This document shows, in pieces, positions 40,822-53,930 of a DNA stretch of 64,000 bases. This stretch comes from Tubiluchus corallicola (taxonomy: Eukaryota > Animalia > Priapulida): contig JAQGDQ010000285.1 in assembly GCA_030141605.1 (NCBI GenBank), positions 69,444-133,443 on the forward strand. The letters are read 5' to 3'. Position numbers and translations under genes: made by a program. How positions within the stretch are numbered: the first letter of the stretch is position 1; each line of letters opens with the position of its first letter. The notes beneath the pieces are model-generated. The model was not told the DNA's origin. It saw only the letters and a list, made by a program, of their open reading frames with translations, and made no database searches.

Positions 40822-43800
40822 CTAAATAGAGTCTGGAATGTGGTACTGAGAAAACACAGAAACCTGGAAAAAATACAGATACATATTGTGAAGCAGTTAC
40901 GGTAGACCTAATTAAATTTAATGATATAAATGTGCAGAAGTATTGCATACGCTTATTTGTTAACAAATTAAACAAAGAGGCAGCCTGCATCACATAAAAT
41001 AAAAAAAGTTTCACCAGTTTCACAATAAACATCAAAATCTTTTAATGAAAGAAAAATTAGAACAAGATAAAAAAATAAGCATCATTTTTTATTCATTAGT
41101 AGAGGAGCTGCCTGTTAAAAATCACATCCCTGCTGAAGTGAGGTAGAATAAACCACAATGCTGACTTTTTGTCTGAAGTTTTTCATCATGTTTAACAACT
41201 AATTAAAATTTTTTAGTACTTCATTCTTTTTCAGTTTGGAATACCACCACTAATACATTGGACAACATTTTGTATGATAATAATTTTACTGTGGGATTTT
41301 TGTTCGACATAATTATGTTTTCTTTACAAGGACGAATCCTGGTATTATGATTTTCAAGGGACAGAAATATTTTTCGTATCCAGTGTGGTGATTCATACTG
41401 TTCATTACGAGCAGGTCATACTTGACAATGCAAATGTATTTGAGTGATTGTGTTTATATTATCATGTGGCCTTGAGCTACACACCACACTGTAAGCTTGA
41501 AAACCAATCACTGCGTCTAGCCCACTAGTCATCAATCACTACCTTTTCAGTCTGCACAGGCTACTGTGAATCCTGGTGCATGATAGATTATGTTAACATG
41601 GTGGTGTAACTCAATGGTAGCATACTCGTTTCCCACCTGGAAAGTTGTGGGTTCAACTCCCAGCTGAGTCATACAAAAACTTCAAAAAATCGCTTCACTG
41701 GTTGTTCGACCAAATGCGCAGGTTTATCGAAGTAGCATGTAATAATAATCAAAACGACCTTGGAAGTAAATATTGAGTTAAGGTGTTATTCTTGGACTAT
41801 GTCCTAAACGAAATTATTACCATTATTATTACGACAGTTGTGCAGTTTCTGTTCGTTAACAACCAAGCTCATTTATTTCTTGAAAACAGTAATTCTTTGC
41901 TACTGATTTTTATGTAAGACAAAAAAACATTTAGCTATAGATAAATATGCAACAAAATATATAACTAAATATAAATGTTACTTATGCAGAGGAGTAAATG
42001 AGCAAATGTTCTGTGAAAAAGCTTGTAAGCATGTAAATATGTTCATATATTTGCCTGAGGATGGCTGATTTTATTACCATGCCAAGTTCTAACCCGTAAT
42101 TATTATTTTAGTACCTGTACACTTATTATTATAGTTATCTGTATTTCTGAGTTTCATAATACTCATATAGCAGGAAGTTTAGTCAAAAGCCGAATTATAT
42201 TATCAAGATGAGACTGGATTCGACACAACTAAACTAAAGGCATCTTATTAAGCTTCACCTGAAACACAATGCAGTTCAATCTTAATAAAATGTCTGTCAA
42301 ATGGCAAGACTACACAATACTAACTTCGTGTTGTCATTTAACAAAACCTGTCAAAAGTTATATTTAATGTAAGGTTTTACAGGAAATTGTTAACTTTCAA
42401 TAGTACATCTGAAAGAGTAATACATTGCATCAACTGGTAAAATCAGATAAAAAACTTCTATACTTGCCTTATCCTTCAACTGTTGGCATAATTGAAGACC
42501 AACCGTGAACAGCATAAGACTCTCGTTCAGCCACGGCACGGAACATTCTCCTTGGTAGACGTCAAATTTTGGAGGTCCGTGTTGACTGTGGAGGTGGTAA
42601 ACGGCAAACACCAGTTTATGTGACTGAATGTAAAAGCTGATGGCTGTATCATTGGGGACAGGCGGCTGCACTACTGACTGAAAGAAAATTAAAAAATGCA
42701 AACTGCAAATGTAATTTTATTAAAACCACGTTAACGTTGCACTGTAGGTAAAATTTTGGTCAGATTAAGAACTGGTAGATCGTAGAAGTACCTTAAAGAA
42801 GTCGGTAAGACCACATTGATAAAAGTAGAATGCCTGAACTATGCTCAAAAATATCTAGCTCCTCTTGTACACCAATTGACTAGGCCTATCTAACCAGTCA
42901 GGGAGTACAGTCACATCAGGGCTGATGCTTCACAGTTTGTTACCTAACCCACATGAGAGATTGCAAAATCACATTGTCATTCTGGTGGTTCGCGTTGATC
43001 GTGTAGAGCGTTTATCACTCATCAAGCATTACATTAAACCTCTTTTATTGCTACTTTAATGGAGGATGCTCTCAAGATCTTTTACCACAGGTTGCTGAGT
43101 ACCAACAGTTTGCTTGAAGCATTCGTTTTACCTGGAGTACGGCAAACTATATCACAAATGCCATCAATAAAAGTTTTTGACAATTTTTAACAAAATGTTA
43201 TCTTTCAGAAATAAGTGTCAAGTTGTGGTTTTCAGTAGTTAATAAATATTTTTAGACTTTTTTGTGAATTACACTAATACACAAACAGCACTTTACTTAT
43301 GTAAATGCACTTCCACTACAGCCTTCTAAGCAATTACCATGTTTGGACTGTTCATCAATTCATCAATGGTTTTCTTCTTCGGCATTACAAGAGCACACCT
43401 CCCTCGTACGAGGCAGTCTGATATTTCTGACAACAGCTGTAACGACACATGTTCACACAAAATTGTAATTGTATGTTCAGCATAACTAAATCAAGTTACT
43501 TTGACCCGTATGGTATAATAGTTTGCAAGTGCAGCAGGCCACATCCATCTAAGGCCTGTTTTGACTACTACTTTTCTAGCCACGATTATCACCGCAATTT
43601 TAAAGCTCAGTGAAAATTAGTGTTATTCACTAAATCGTTCGTGTTTTTCAATAGCTTGTTTCTCTCAGTGACAAAAAAGCTCTAGTGTTCAGAAATGCTT
43701 TCTTGCTGTAGCAAGTTAAATCGCTGGTGATGTTTGCTCATTTTCACAGACGATATGAAGAACAATACAACTTCTCACTGCAATTAATGCTTTTACTGCA

Positions 43801-46800
43801 ACTAATGGGCAATTTTACAGCTCCAGTGTTACAGCCATATCTCACTAGCGACAACAGATTTTCTGTTATCAATTTTAATGCTTTCATATGCGTTTCTGAT
43901 ATCATCAACAGTGTTAGTAATGGCCAGGATAAAATCGGTATTCAAAGTGAGCCTTGATGTGGAAGTCACAGTCAGCTATGTTGCTTATCTGTAGCAGTTC
44001 TTTTAGACTTTCATATGCAACATACTAGCTAGTGCAACATGGTATATATTAAAGCTAATATATCAAAGCACATTTAACACATATTGTACAATTAAGTTAA
44101 TAATAGTCTAGGTTAGAATTTTAAGGACAATGACAACTCGGACCTATTTACATGTAACTAGAATACTAGTCTCAGTTTCAAAAATGATATAAATTTATAA
44201 AAGATCATATTGTAAAATGCTTAGCTCTGCTGAACACGTTCATAGTCCTATTCAAACTCGAGATAACGTACAATCAATGCGAATGCCCAGACAAAAACAA
44301 CCTAAATTTTTAAATTTTATTCACCTGTATAACCTCAGTGCCTGAAGTAAAGCTCCTGTCTCGATCTCCACGTGCTTGTAGCTTATCAATAGCTTCATAC
44401 AGGTGATTTCCAGCATCTTGAATCTGTTTGACGATAACAACAAAAAAACTGAAAAAATGCCATCAATATCATTTAAAAGCATATAAAATCTAATCAAAAA
44501 GTCTTAAATTCTGCAAAAAATTTCACAGCTTCAAAAATAATAACATGATACATTAATATAATCAGTATACACCAGCTTAAAAAGTTCAGTACTATCCTTA
44601 CCAACCTTTCTGCACATAACACTTGGTAACATATCTCGTATGTTTGACAAAAGTAAAAAACGAGCATGTTCTCAGCATTAAAATACGCATTCAAGACAGA
44701 TTAGATAAGTGGGTGATACGTGGCCTCCTAGGTCAGATACTCACTCCAGGTTATTTGCAAACCTTAGCTATTTGCCACAGGAATGTGGCTGAGTTACCTC
44801 TTCTGATTCACTGGCTCATCTCAGGATAGCTTTGATAATGAGCCAGTCTACAGACATATCAAAGCACATTTTCAGCAAGCCCTGCCCTTGAGTGCTGGAT
44901 TCTGTTTGTATTGTAGCAACGTGTATAAAAAAAATTAACAGCTAATTCTGCCCTTATTTAACCCAGAAAGAGTTGGCAACCATGATTTATGATACTTGAT
45001 CACTACAGTTTATTTAAGATTATTTTTTTATGTTTAACAAAGAAATAATGAAGTTGACATACTTGTTGCAGTTTCCAAGGTGCATCAGGTAAAATATGTG
45101 TCTTGTGAATTTGGCTTTGATGTTTGAAAACTTTTAAGACAATATCCTAAGAAAAACAGTTCAATATATATAAGTTTATAGAATCAATTTTAGAAAACGA
45201 GTTAAAGTACCATGAGATTCCATTAACGATTAATAGTTAAAGGCCTATATCACACCAACAGACATCGAAGTTTTTTTAATGCATTATTATGATTACACAA
45301 AGAATTCATAGTTATTATTAAACAAAAGAGACTTATAAATTAAATAAGTTACTTTTTTCTGACGAATTTCGAACGCGTGCCAAAAAGATCGCCATGTTTC
45401 GAGTCTTTGACGTGAGTGAACGAGAATGACATACGAGATACAGAAAGCGTCTTTGGTTACTGATGTTTGTTTGCGATGTTTGGTTTAATGTAATTTACAT
45501 AATTAGGCAAATCTCCACCTGACATGTTGAACACATCTGACGTTTTCTACAAACTTGTTATTGGGAAAACCAATAACATGATTGAGCGTTTTAGAAATTA
45601 TTATCAGTATCGTAGCCCAGCCGTAAGCCTTTCCATTATGCCAGAACAGACAGTAGTGTTTTTTAGAGACCGAGAGCCCGATATTTAATTTGACGCAGAA
45701 ATTTGGAACATCATGAGCTGGTGCGCATAATGTTCATTTGCAATATGGTCGCTCAGTTATTCTGTAACAGAACCCTTAAGAAATATCATGATAGAAAATG
45801 AAAATACTTGTGATGTTGATTTAGATTTTAGAGCATTGTTTTTTATCTGCACACGGATACATACACGCAACTATGCAAACACCTACGATCTACACTGATG
45901 CTTTACTTTTCTTAACATACATAATAACTGTCATATATGTTAAAAGAGCCAGACTGAAACTATAAATTTAATAGGTAGACTAGCATTCTTCTAACTTTAT
46001 GACAGTTACCAAACGCAAATGTATGACAGCAGACCTAATCCTACAGTATATTTGTTGTACTTAATCACACTTTATAAACTTTACGTCTGAACTAAAAAAC
46101 TAAAAAAGTAAAAACATAAATGAGAAAGTAAACAATACCGCCTGATGAATGTTGTCGCCAAGCAGTGTAGCAACGCACTTGATGCTGTCTGCGTTAGGTG
46201 ACGTAAGTAGAAACTTCTCTGGCTTCACGATATTTTCAGCATCCTGCAGACGCAGAGGATAGCGTCTTGCACATTCCTGGAGAGAAGCAACAGATTTTTA
46301 ACCCATCAAATGGACAAGCAAATGAATGAATCAGCCTAATGACTAGACTTAGTTAATATTTAGTGCTCATTACTTTTTTCTATATAAGCATAAGATGTCG
46401 TTTGTGATACACACTGTTACAGTAAGAGAAAGATGGGAAATCATCATAATAATTAGCTTTTCTAGTACAAAAAACCACAAAGTATCAGTGAATTATAACT
46501 ACATAAATCTGATAAGGAGACCATGTGATGTCTTTTCAGAGGAATATGGGGTTAATTGTTGGCTTTAATAATAAAAGAATGGAAAATTAAACACTAGACA
46601 TACTACTGACAAAATCAATTAATGAATGAAGATTATAGCCAAGCACATTCTAAAGAATAAACAGAATTCTAAAACCACCTTGTGGAGTCTTAATAACACA
46701 AAACGTAATAAAACTGGGCTAAGAAAGCAATATTACTCCTATTATAAATTAATACTAATTATAAAGTTCACGGTAGGAAGTCTTACCAATAGTAACGTGT

Positions 46801-48012
46801 GTATTTGACCCAACATTGAAGGCACTTCCTTATTCAATAACCAGCGAAACTCATCCCTCTGAAAGCACACCAATGTTAACAATATCAAATTTAGAAATTA
46901 AAAAATTACAAAAAAAACTTCAGTACAATTATAAACAGAAATTGAGTCACATGCAAAATTTTCCGAACAAAGACTTTCCTTAAAAATGCATTATTCACCA
47001 TCCATACATAATTCTTAAAATTTAGAGAACCACCTTTCTAGCAAAAAAACACTCCCATTTTTATCAACTGTTTCAAATTTTTATTCATTCTTAGACTATT
47101 CATTCTAATCATACACTAATTTGTAAAGTTGCATGAATCAGAAACCGTGTGAAGATAAACTTACCAATAGGTAGAGTGAAAACGGACACATAAATGAACC
47201 CTCATTGGTTAAGTACTGATTTTTTCCTATTACACAATTATAAGTTTTCATTTTCCACCAGTTTAGTCAGTTTCTGTACTCCTGTTCATTTCAGCATCAA
47301 TATCACAGGCAGTCACAGTGTATTACAAACAATTGTAATGTGGTTCTGTTTTTTTATTTATTATTATTATCACATTCAGTACAATATAATGACATTAAGC
47401 ACCGTGACATCAAAATTATTATAACATCTACTGTATTAAATTCTTATGTTTCATACACTATCGTTATCATAAAAGAATAATTGTACTGCAGTGGGCTAGA
47501 GAAGCAAAGGCTTGTATAAGCCCACTGTCATGTGAACCCGATAAAAAAAGAATGGATGAGTGAACAGTTCTTCCACCTAGTACTATAGTTGTAAACAGTT
47601 TTTGAAAAGGCAAACGATTATATTTTATAATATAATGAAACAAAAATCATCATGCACTCAATTCAATTTTTTGGCAGACTACCGGAAATCTCGTTTTCAG
47701 TTTTGTTCTTTTCAATTCAATTCAATTCGATTTCAATAGATTTACTTCGCAATACTTTACACCTCCAAGAAAATGACAATTTTATAAATGCGTAAGTTGC
47801 AAGTTTTTCCAAAATAACTCAAGTGACTGCATACTATACCATGCATTTCCTTCAGGGAAGAGCTTCACTGTAAAACGTTTATTCACTTAGTCATTAGTAA
47901 ATAAATTTAAATCTAAACTTACAAATTAAATCTAAATTTATGGAACAAGTAAATAAAAATCACTTACCAGCACATGCAGCTCTAAATCCTCTTCAGCTGT
48001 ATTATCTGACAT
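40822..48012 (-). CDS. ROGDI: Protein rogdi homolog, 262 aa; complement(join(40822..40863,42468..42677,43338..43436,44325..44423,45063..45146,46139..46276,46787..46858,47968..48012))
   Basis: MSDNTAEEDLELHVL|RDEFRWLLNKEVPSMLGQIHTLLL|ECARRYP...KCVATLLGDNIHQA|DIVLK...PWKLQQ|IQDAGNHL...SGTEVIQ|LLSEISDCLVRGRCALVMPKKKTIDELMNSPNM|SVVQPP...SFYIQSHKLVFAVY...ECSVPWLNESLMLFTVGLQLCQQLKDK|VSVFSQYHIPDSI*. Rogdi motifs EFRWLL, WKLQQIQDA and VPWL...CQQLKDK are present; all coding introns are phase 0. Confidence 0.95.
41600..41831 (+). mobile_element. tRNA-derived SINE in last ROGDI intron (antisense to the gene)
   Basis: A-box-like TGGTGTAACTCAATGG, B-box GGTTCAACTCC (41650-41660), then GAGTCATACAAAAACTTCAAAAAAT and a short (ATT)-rich tail; no acceptor stem for a real tRNA. 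Confidence 0.65.
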
Positions 48013-51000
48013 TCTTGGACTTAATAACCGTTAACCTGCTAACCGATGACAAATCTCAGTTTTTTTATAACTTTAAAAAACAAGCAAGAGATATTAAACG
48101 TAACAGATATCAACAAGAAATAATCTATATTGAAGATGATGCAAAAAGTTACTTTATTTTTGCAGTGTATGTTTACATTTTGCCAACTCTGGATCTGATC
48201 TATAGTTACTCTCTGAAATGACTTCAGCATTTGTTGGAATATCTGAAATACTTAAAAGCATTTGAAAAGAACTATATATTTGACATTTGTTTAGACATTT
48301 AGCCATAGTCAACTGAAAAGAGACTGGAGGATAAAAATGATACAAGCTTACTGAATGAATTGTTTTATATTTGCAATTGTAGAATACTTATTATTTTTAA
48401 TGATTGTAGTTTTACAAGTTCTTTGTAATCATAATTATAAATGTTGTTGTAATTGTGTGTGTATTTTTACATAATTTATGGCCTAGCTGTTGAACTAAAG
48501 AATCAAAACTAACCTAATTTAATCTAAGAATGAGAAACATTCTTGTAAAATGATTTAACATGAATATGACAAAGTTCATTCATGTGAGTAATCCATCCAT
48601 TTACCTGCTCTTGGTTTTTTGTCGATTTATTAGATTCATCAAAAGCTTGAACAAATAGACTATCTTCAAGTATAAGTTATGTACAAAATACCCAATTAAA
48701 TTTTCCCTGTATCGTTTCCATCTTTGATTTGTCATATCGTTTGATAAACCTTTATTGCTTACAACTTTTTGCCATTTACTCTGCATAATGAAAACCACCT
48801 GTCTTTTGAAAAAAGGATGTAATGGCTGCGAAAATGCATATCGTGAAAGCCAAAGCTGTAAATTAGGTAGACCTAATTAATGTAGTATGACATATTATTA
48901 TGAAGGCAAACAATGAATTCTGATTTTGACTCGCATTTGTGATTTTACTATATTCACTATACTAGTAAATTAGTGTTTATTTGTGATTTGCAAATGACTA
49001 GGTTGCTGTTGCTCAGCTAAAGACAAGCTTTCAATTTTAACGCTCACAATCCAGAAATAATTCAAGATACGAAAGTTTGCAGATCTGGAGTCACTTAACA
49101 TGTTGTGTTTATTTTACTGTTAACACTTAAAATATAACAAAGAACACATGCAGAAAAATATTTGTAAAACACTGCCCATATAGCATAAAGTTGATTTATA
49201 CAATCTCTGCATACAAATTTTCAGATATAGTGTTAGCCACCATTTATTTATCACGTAACTGGTGGACTTCGTGACTCTCGTATGCACGTTATGGCTTTCC
49301 ATAAGCACATGCTACTTAAAGTAATTAAAACTTCTGCTGCTTGCGTAATGCTTTTGCAAAAATATCGCAAATTAGCTATCTGATTTTTTATAAAAACTTA
49401 ATATACTTTTGACAGAAATTGACAGTGTGTTGCTTTTCTTCAGCTGATGAACGACGTCATTGGTGGAATAGGTGTTCAAAATGAAGATGAAGTGTGAAAT
49501 ATTCGCTACCTTAAGGTGATTTAACTAATTACAGGAAGCACTTACCAAACTTTTATTATCAAATCCTTCTAACATTTTTTGCAAACAATGAAATTGTTTT
49601 TTTAAAGCCAATATTCTGATCATTGAAGATATTTCTTTGATCGAGGTTGAGAAAGTCGGCTTTGAAGGCTATGGGCAAGCTATACTATAGTATTTGAACT
49701 GAATTCACTGCTTATTCCAATTGCCATAATACAACATTGTAGTTTGTAGTTTTGTACATCATTACAAATATAAACGTACAACAGTCTACAACGAAATAAA
49801 GAAGAAACAACAATAAGAATCCTATGTCCCAATGAACAACATGATGCATTATCAGCTCCGATCAAAAGATACCTTATGAGTGTACTATAGTAGTCTAGGG
49901 CTTACTGACTGAATGATTTTTCTGTATTCTTCGTCTTTTGTATACTTCTTCCAGCCCTCTCGACTTCACTTTCTTTCATTACTTTAAAAAATATATTCGT
50001 TTAGACTTAGATCATACATTTTGCACATCTTAAATTATCTTCTTCAGGTGGAAATAAAATTCAACACGGGAAAACTTTGCTGCATGCTTACCGGTAATTT
50101 TCTGCGCTTCCTTTAGCCAAAGATTAGGGAACCCAGTTTAATTACATGAATTCAAATGAAAACATGTATGCATTGGTTCTAAAGTGGGATAGAAATTTAT
50201 ATATACCACTGTATGTAAAAAAACAGGAAAGGTAACAAAAATTAATTATATACAGTAGTCTGAAACAGTTTTGAAGTGTACGAAATTAATTTTATAATGT
50301 GGTTGGTCTGTAAAGTATGAGCGTAAGCCACACTAGAAGTGTTTTACTACATAAATAAATGCACAGTAGTCATGAAACATTACTCAGCCGAAGAGAATGA
50401 CCATTTAAGACATTAATATTCAATTGACTGATATAAGTATTTTTAATTTATAGTTGACAAAACTGGGACAGAGGCTGAAAATTGTAACAAAGAGAATAAA
50501 AAACTAATTTGCTAAAACTCAAACTGAAGCATAGTTTCCTAAAACGTAGCTGTCTTTAGAGTTACAGAAAATTGGGGCTAAATTACTGCAATTTAACTCC
50601 CATGCAGACTTTCATATTAAACCCCAAACTTGCCTTAAAGTTGCAAATTTAGTACACTGGGTGTCAGAATTTAGTAATGATTATCATTTAGTACACTGAT
50701 AATTCAAGAATATTCCGGAGTATCCCAAGGCAAAGTATCTACATAAACTGTACAGAGTGTTTAGGATCAGAGGTTGAATGAACCACCTTTTAATCATCCT
50801 ATCGCTTGATTTGCATGCTGGCTTACAAATTTTAACACATTAGCAAAAGACTTCAAATTATGAGGCAAAATGTCAAAAGCTTTGCATTCCAATACTAAAT
50901 TAACTAGCTACCAGACAAAAATGCCAACAATAAAGTTTTGATGAACATATGTATATGTTATAATATTGTACAATAAAAAATGGCTTTATTTCGAATCAGC

Positions 51001-51562
51001 TGATGTCATCGGCATTCAATTAAAATTTGAATCAATTACAATGCAGACTAGTTATAATGAAATCCAAATAAAATAAAATTGTTATTAAATAATACTTATT
51101 ACAATGGATATGAATTGATAATGTTGATTAACACTACTTTTTTTAATGAAATAGATAATTTTTCCTTATTTGCAAGAAAGTTTTGATATGTAACTGGATG
51201 ACTGCATTCTTTCTCAAAAGAGTAGCATCACCAATGTTTCATCAGTGTTGATTCTTGCTTGGTGAGCACCATGTTCTCCTAAAATCAAACTTGACTTAAA
51301 GCAGAATTCATCACTGAGTTTGGATTTGAATCCAGGATCTTTGGATATTAGACCATTGACCATTGGACCTCATGGCATCTTGTGATTGATTACACATTAC
51401 AGTACACAACACTTCATCCTATCACTAATTCTTTTCTCATGTTGGTCACTGTATAAAGTTGTTGCGACTGGGGCTCGGACACTATTTGCTAGCACCAGAC
51501 AAATCAGACAAATTTGTGCATATATTCTAAGTACCTTTTTAGCTTAGTTTGTAGTCGTACAT

Positions 51563-52567
51563 TTATTTGGAAGAGCTTGCAGTTGTAGCCCTTACAATAA
51601 CACCAGTTTTCTTTAACGGCAGCAATTTTTTCCGACTTAGTTTTAACTGTCGAGGAACAAGTTTTAGTGTCGGTCTTTCTGGACAATATATTTTTACAAC
51701 TTTTTCCACTATTTTGTTTTTCCACAAGGAATTGTTCGTCCTCGGAGATTTAAGATTTTTTAGATACAATTTGTTGCCAGTCCAATCCTTTTCACAGCTG
51801 TCACTAAAGAAATAATCGCTCCTTAAACTGGAAGGCAAAGGAGGTGGGGGAAATGTGGGAAATGATCCCGAGAAACTGGGGTACAAATTACCATCCAACA
51901 AATTAGTACTGGCTGATTGGAACACCTTATCGGTAACTGCTGATACAGTTAAAGGCACAAAAGTTGAAGAAGGAGGCAAATCTTTACTGCTATTTTGGTG
52001 AGGCACTACTGTTTCACACTCAGGTTGTTTGGTGTCTGCTTTCAATGCTGAACCTGTCAGAGAAGACTTCAACGAGTGTCTTGCAGCGTTAGCCACTTTT
52101 TCCCTTTCTTTTGAAATTTCGAAACTGTATTTTTTTACTAAGGATGATATTATTCTTCTTCTCTCCTCCAACTTAGCTCTTGTTTCTTGAACCGTTTCAT
52201 GTTCTGGTGCATAGCAAACATGCAGAACATTTCCAAAAAATACATAATTATCCAATTTGCACTTTGCCATTCTTGCTTTATGTAGCTGGGCAAATTTTAA
52301 CAAGTACACATTTGTAAACTTTTCCTTGGGATAATCTTTGAGGCAATTATATTCACTGATTTCACCATACAAAGAAAATAGATTTAAAAGATCTTCCGCG
52401 CTGCAGGTCGATGGAACAAACTGAACTAGCAAGAATTTTGACTCTTGGGCAACACTATATGCTTTTACTGCTTTAAGTTTCCTGCCTTTGCGATAAGGTC
52501 GCCGTGTAAAGCAGAATTCTTGTTGTATGTGGTGTTGTGGCATTGTACACATCATCTGATCATTCAT
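51563..52567 (-). CDS. RBM48: RNA-binding protein 48 (RRM; minor spliceosome factor), 334 aa, single coding exon
   Basis: HHIQQEFCFTRRPYRKGRKLKAVKAYSVAQESKFLLVQFVP...FSLYGEI...YPKEKFTNVYLLKF...ARMAKCKLDNYVFFGNVLHVCYAPEHETVQETRAKLEERR is the RBM48 N-terminal signature. Splice acceptor (ttctttcag) ends at 52581; first ATG after it is at 52567. Confidence 0.93.
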   Translation of the reverse strand: MNDQMMCTMPQHHIQQEFCFTRRPYRKGRKLKAVKAYSVAQESKFLLVQFVPSTCSAEDLLNLFSLYGEISEYNCLKDYPKEKFTNVYLLKFAQLHKARMAKCKLDNYVFFGNVLHVCYAPEHETVQETRAKLEERRRIISSLVKKYSFEISKEREKVANAARHSLKSSLTGSALKADTKQPECETVVPHQNSSKDLPPSSTFVPLTVSAVTDKVFQSASTNLLDGNLYPSFSGSFPTFPPPPLPSSLRSDYFFSDSCEKDWTGNKLYLKNLKSPRTNNSLWKNKIVEKVVKIYCPERPTLKLVPRQLKLSRKKLLPLKKTGVIVRATTASSSK

Positions 52568-53460
52568 CTTAATGAGTATACTGAAAGAAAACAGGTGAGA
52601 CAATCGTTTAATTTCATGTAACCTGCTTTAAAGACCTCTATACATAAAATCTGTGAAGCAGAATGATGAATGCTTTTTACAGCTCCTTTGAAGCTAGAAA
52701 GGCTTGTACTAATGAAGCAAATGTCTGTGTACTACTACAAGTTAGGAATATATCACACACAAAGTACACTAGCATGGTGTTTACTGTTTATTAATATTAC
52801 AAAAAGCTGGTTCTCTCTATTCTTAAAACATTTTTTCTTAGAAATAATAACAAAAGTTTTTTTTTCTGAAACAAACCTCTAAATGCCTGGGATTTGGCTA
52901 CAACTATCAATTGATATTCTCCATTGATATATCATTACATTATGTACGTTACATTAGTTTAGTTCTTGGATAAGGTATAGCTCTGTAAAACTAAAAAAAG
53001 ATCAAAACTAAGACTAGAGCAAAGCTGTTCAGCACGCTTAAGATTTTTCATCTTGACTTTCAGCCATAGAATTCTTCAGTTTTGCTTAGCAAGTGACTAT
53101 GTGAAATAATGGTAAGTACCTCTTTCTGTGCCACCAGCGTGCTAAATGCACTTTATAGTACATACAAATGCTAAATTAGTTTAGTCGCAAGTTCATTAAT
53201 TATTTCTCGCCGAAAAAAGGGAATTTATTATTATTAATTACGTTATTTCCCCCCCCTTAAAACCTAAAACTTGCCTTCGCTGACCATTGCTTGTCAAAGG
53301 GCAAAAATTCTCAACTACAGTATTCTCCGAGCTTGCAAAGAAAAAGATTCATTTCGCTAGGCGCACCAGTTCGAATACATAAGAGAGAAGTTAGAGAACC
53401 TGCCCCGACCGTGACAAAGCACTTTATCCAAGATTTGGAAGCGTCAACTGACCAACTTAC

Positions 53461-53540
53461 GTTTTGTTGCGCTTGGAATAAAAAATTGTTTATTTCTCCA
53501 TAGTCGAAAATTTGATTAAGATAACTAAGTTCGACTTTGT
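53461..53540 (-). other. Candidate 5' non-coding first exon of RBM48
   Basis: Consensus donor AAC|GTAAGT at 53461/53460, ~880 nt upstream of the RBM48 acceptor; contains a short uORF (ATG GAG AAA TAA). The 5' boundary is a guess. Confidence 0.45.
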
Positions 53541-53930
53541 TAATGCGATAGCTATAAAAAATTATGCATGTGCTTGTGCTGGACAGTGCAATTGCAGTGC
53601 AGTTTCAGATGTATATTGATGTAGTACAGTTTCACTAATCGAGTAATTAGTGTCTGGAATCCTCTACTATACATTCAAAATGTATTAAAAATACTAAACT
53701 GCTGCTATGGTAGTCCAGATGGTATACATTTTTAAATAAAACTTGTATCTGGTATTAGAGCTAGTGCTGCAGAGTAATCGTAGATGCACAGTTTTGTGGT
53801 TTCTACCCATGATTCTGATATTTATGATGTAATATCAACAGGCGTAGAAAAATAAATGAATTTATAAACTTAACTATAGAGAAGTATAACTAGACCGTGA
53901 TATTTAATTATGACAAACTCATAAATTTAA

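Noticed and set aside
41600-41672. tRNA gene
   Set aside because: A/B boxes are present but there is no cloverleaf or acceptor stem, and it continues into a SINE body.
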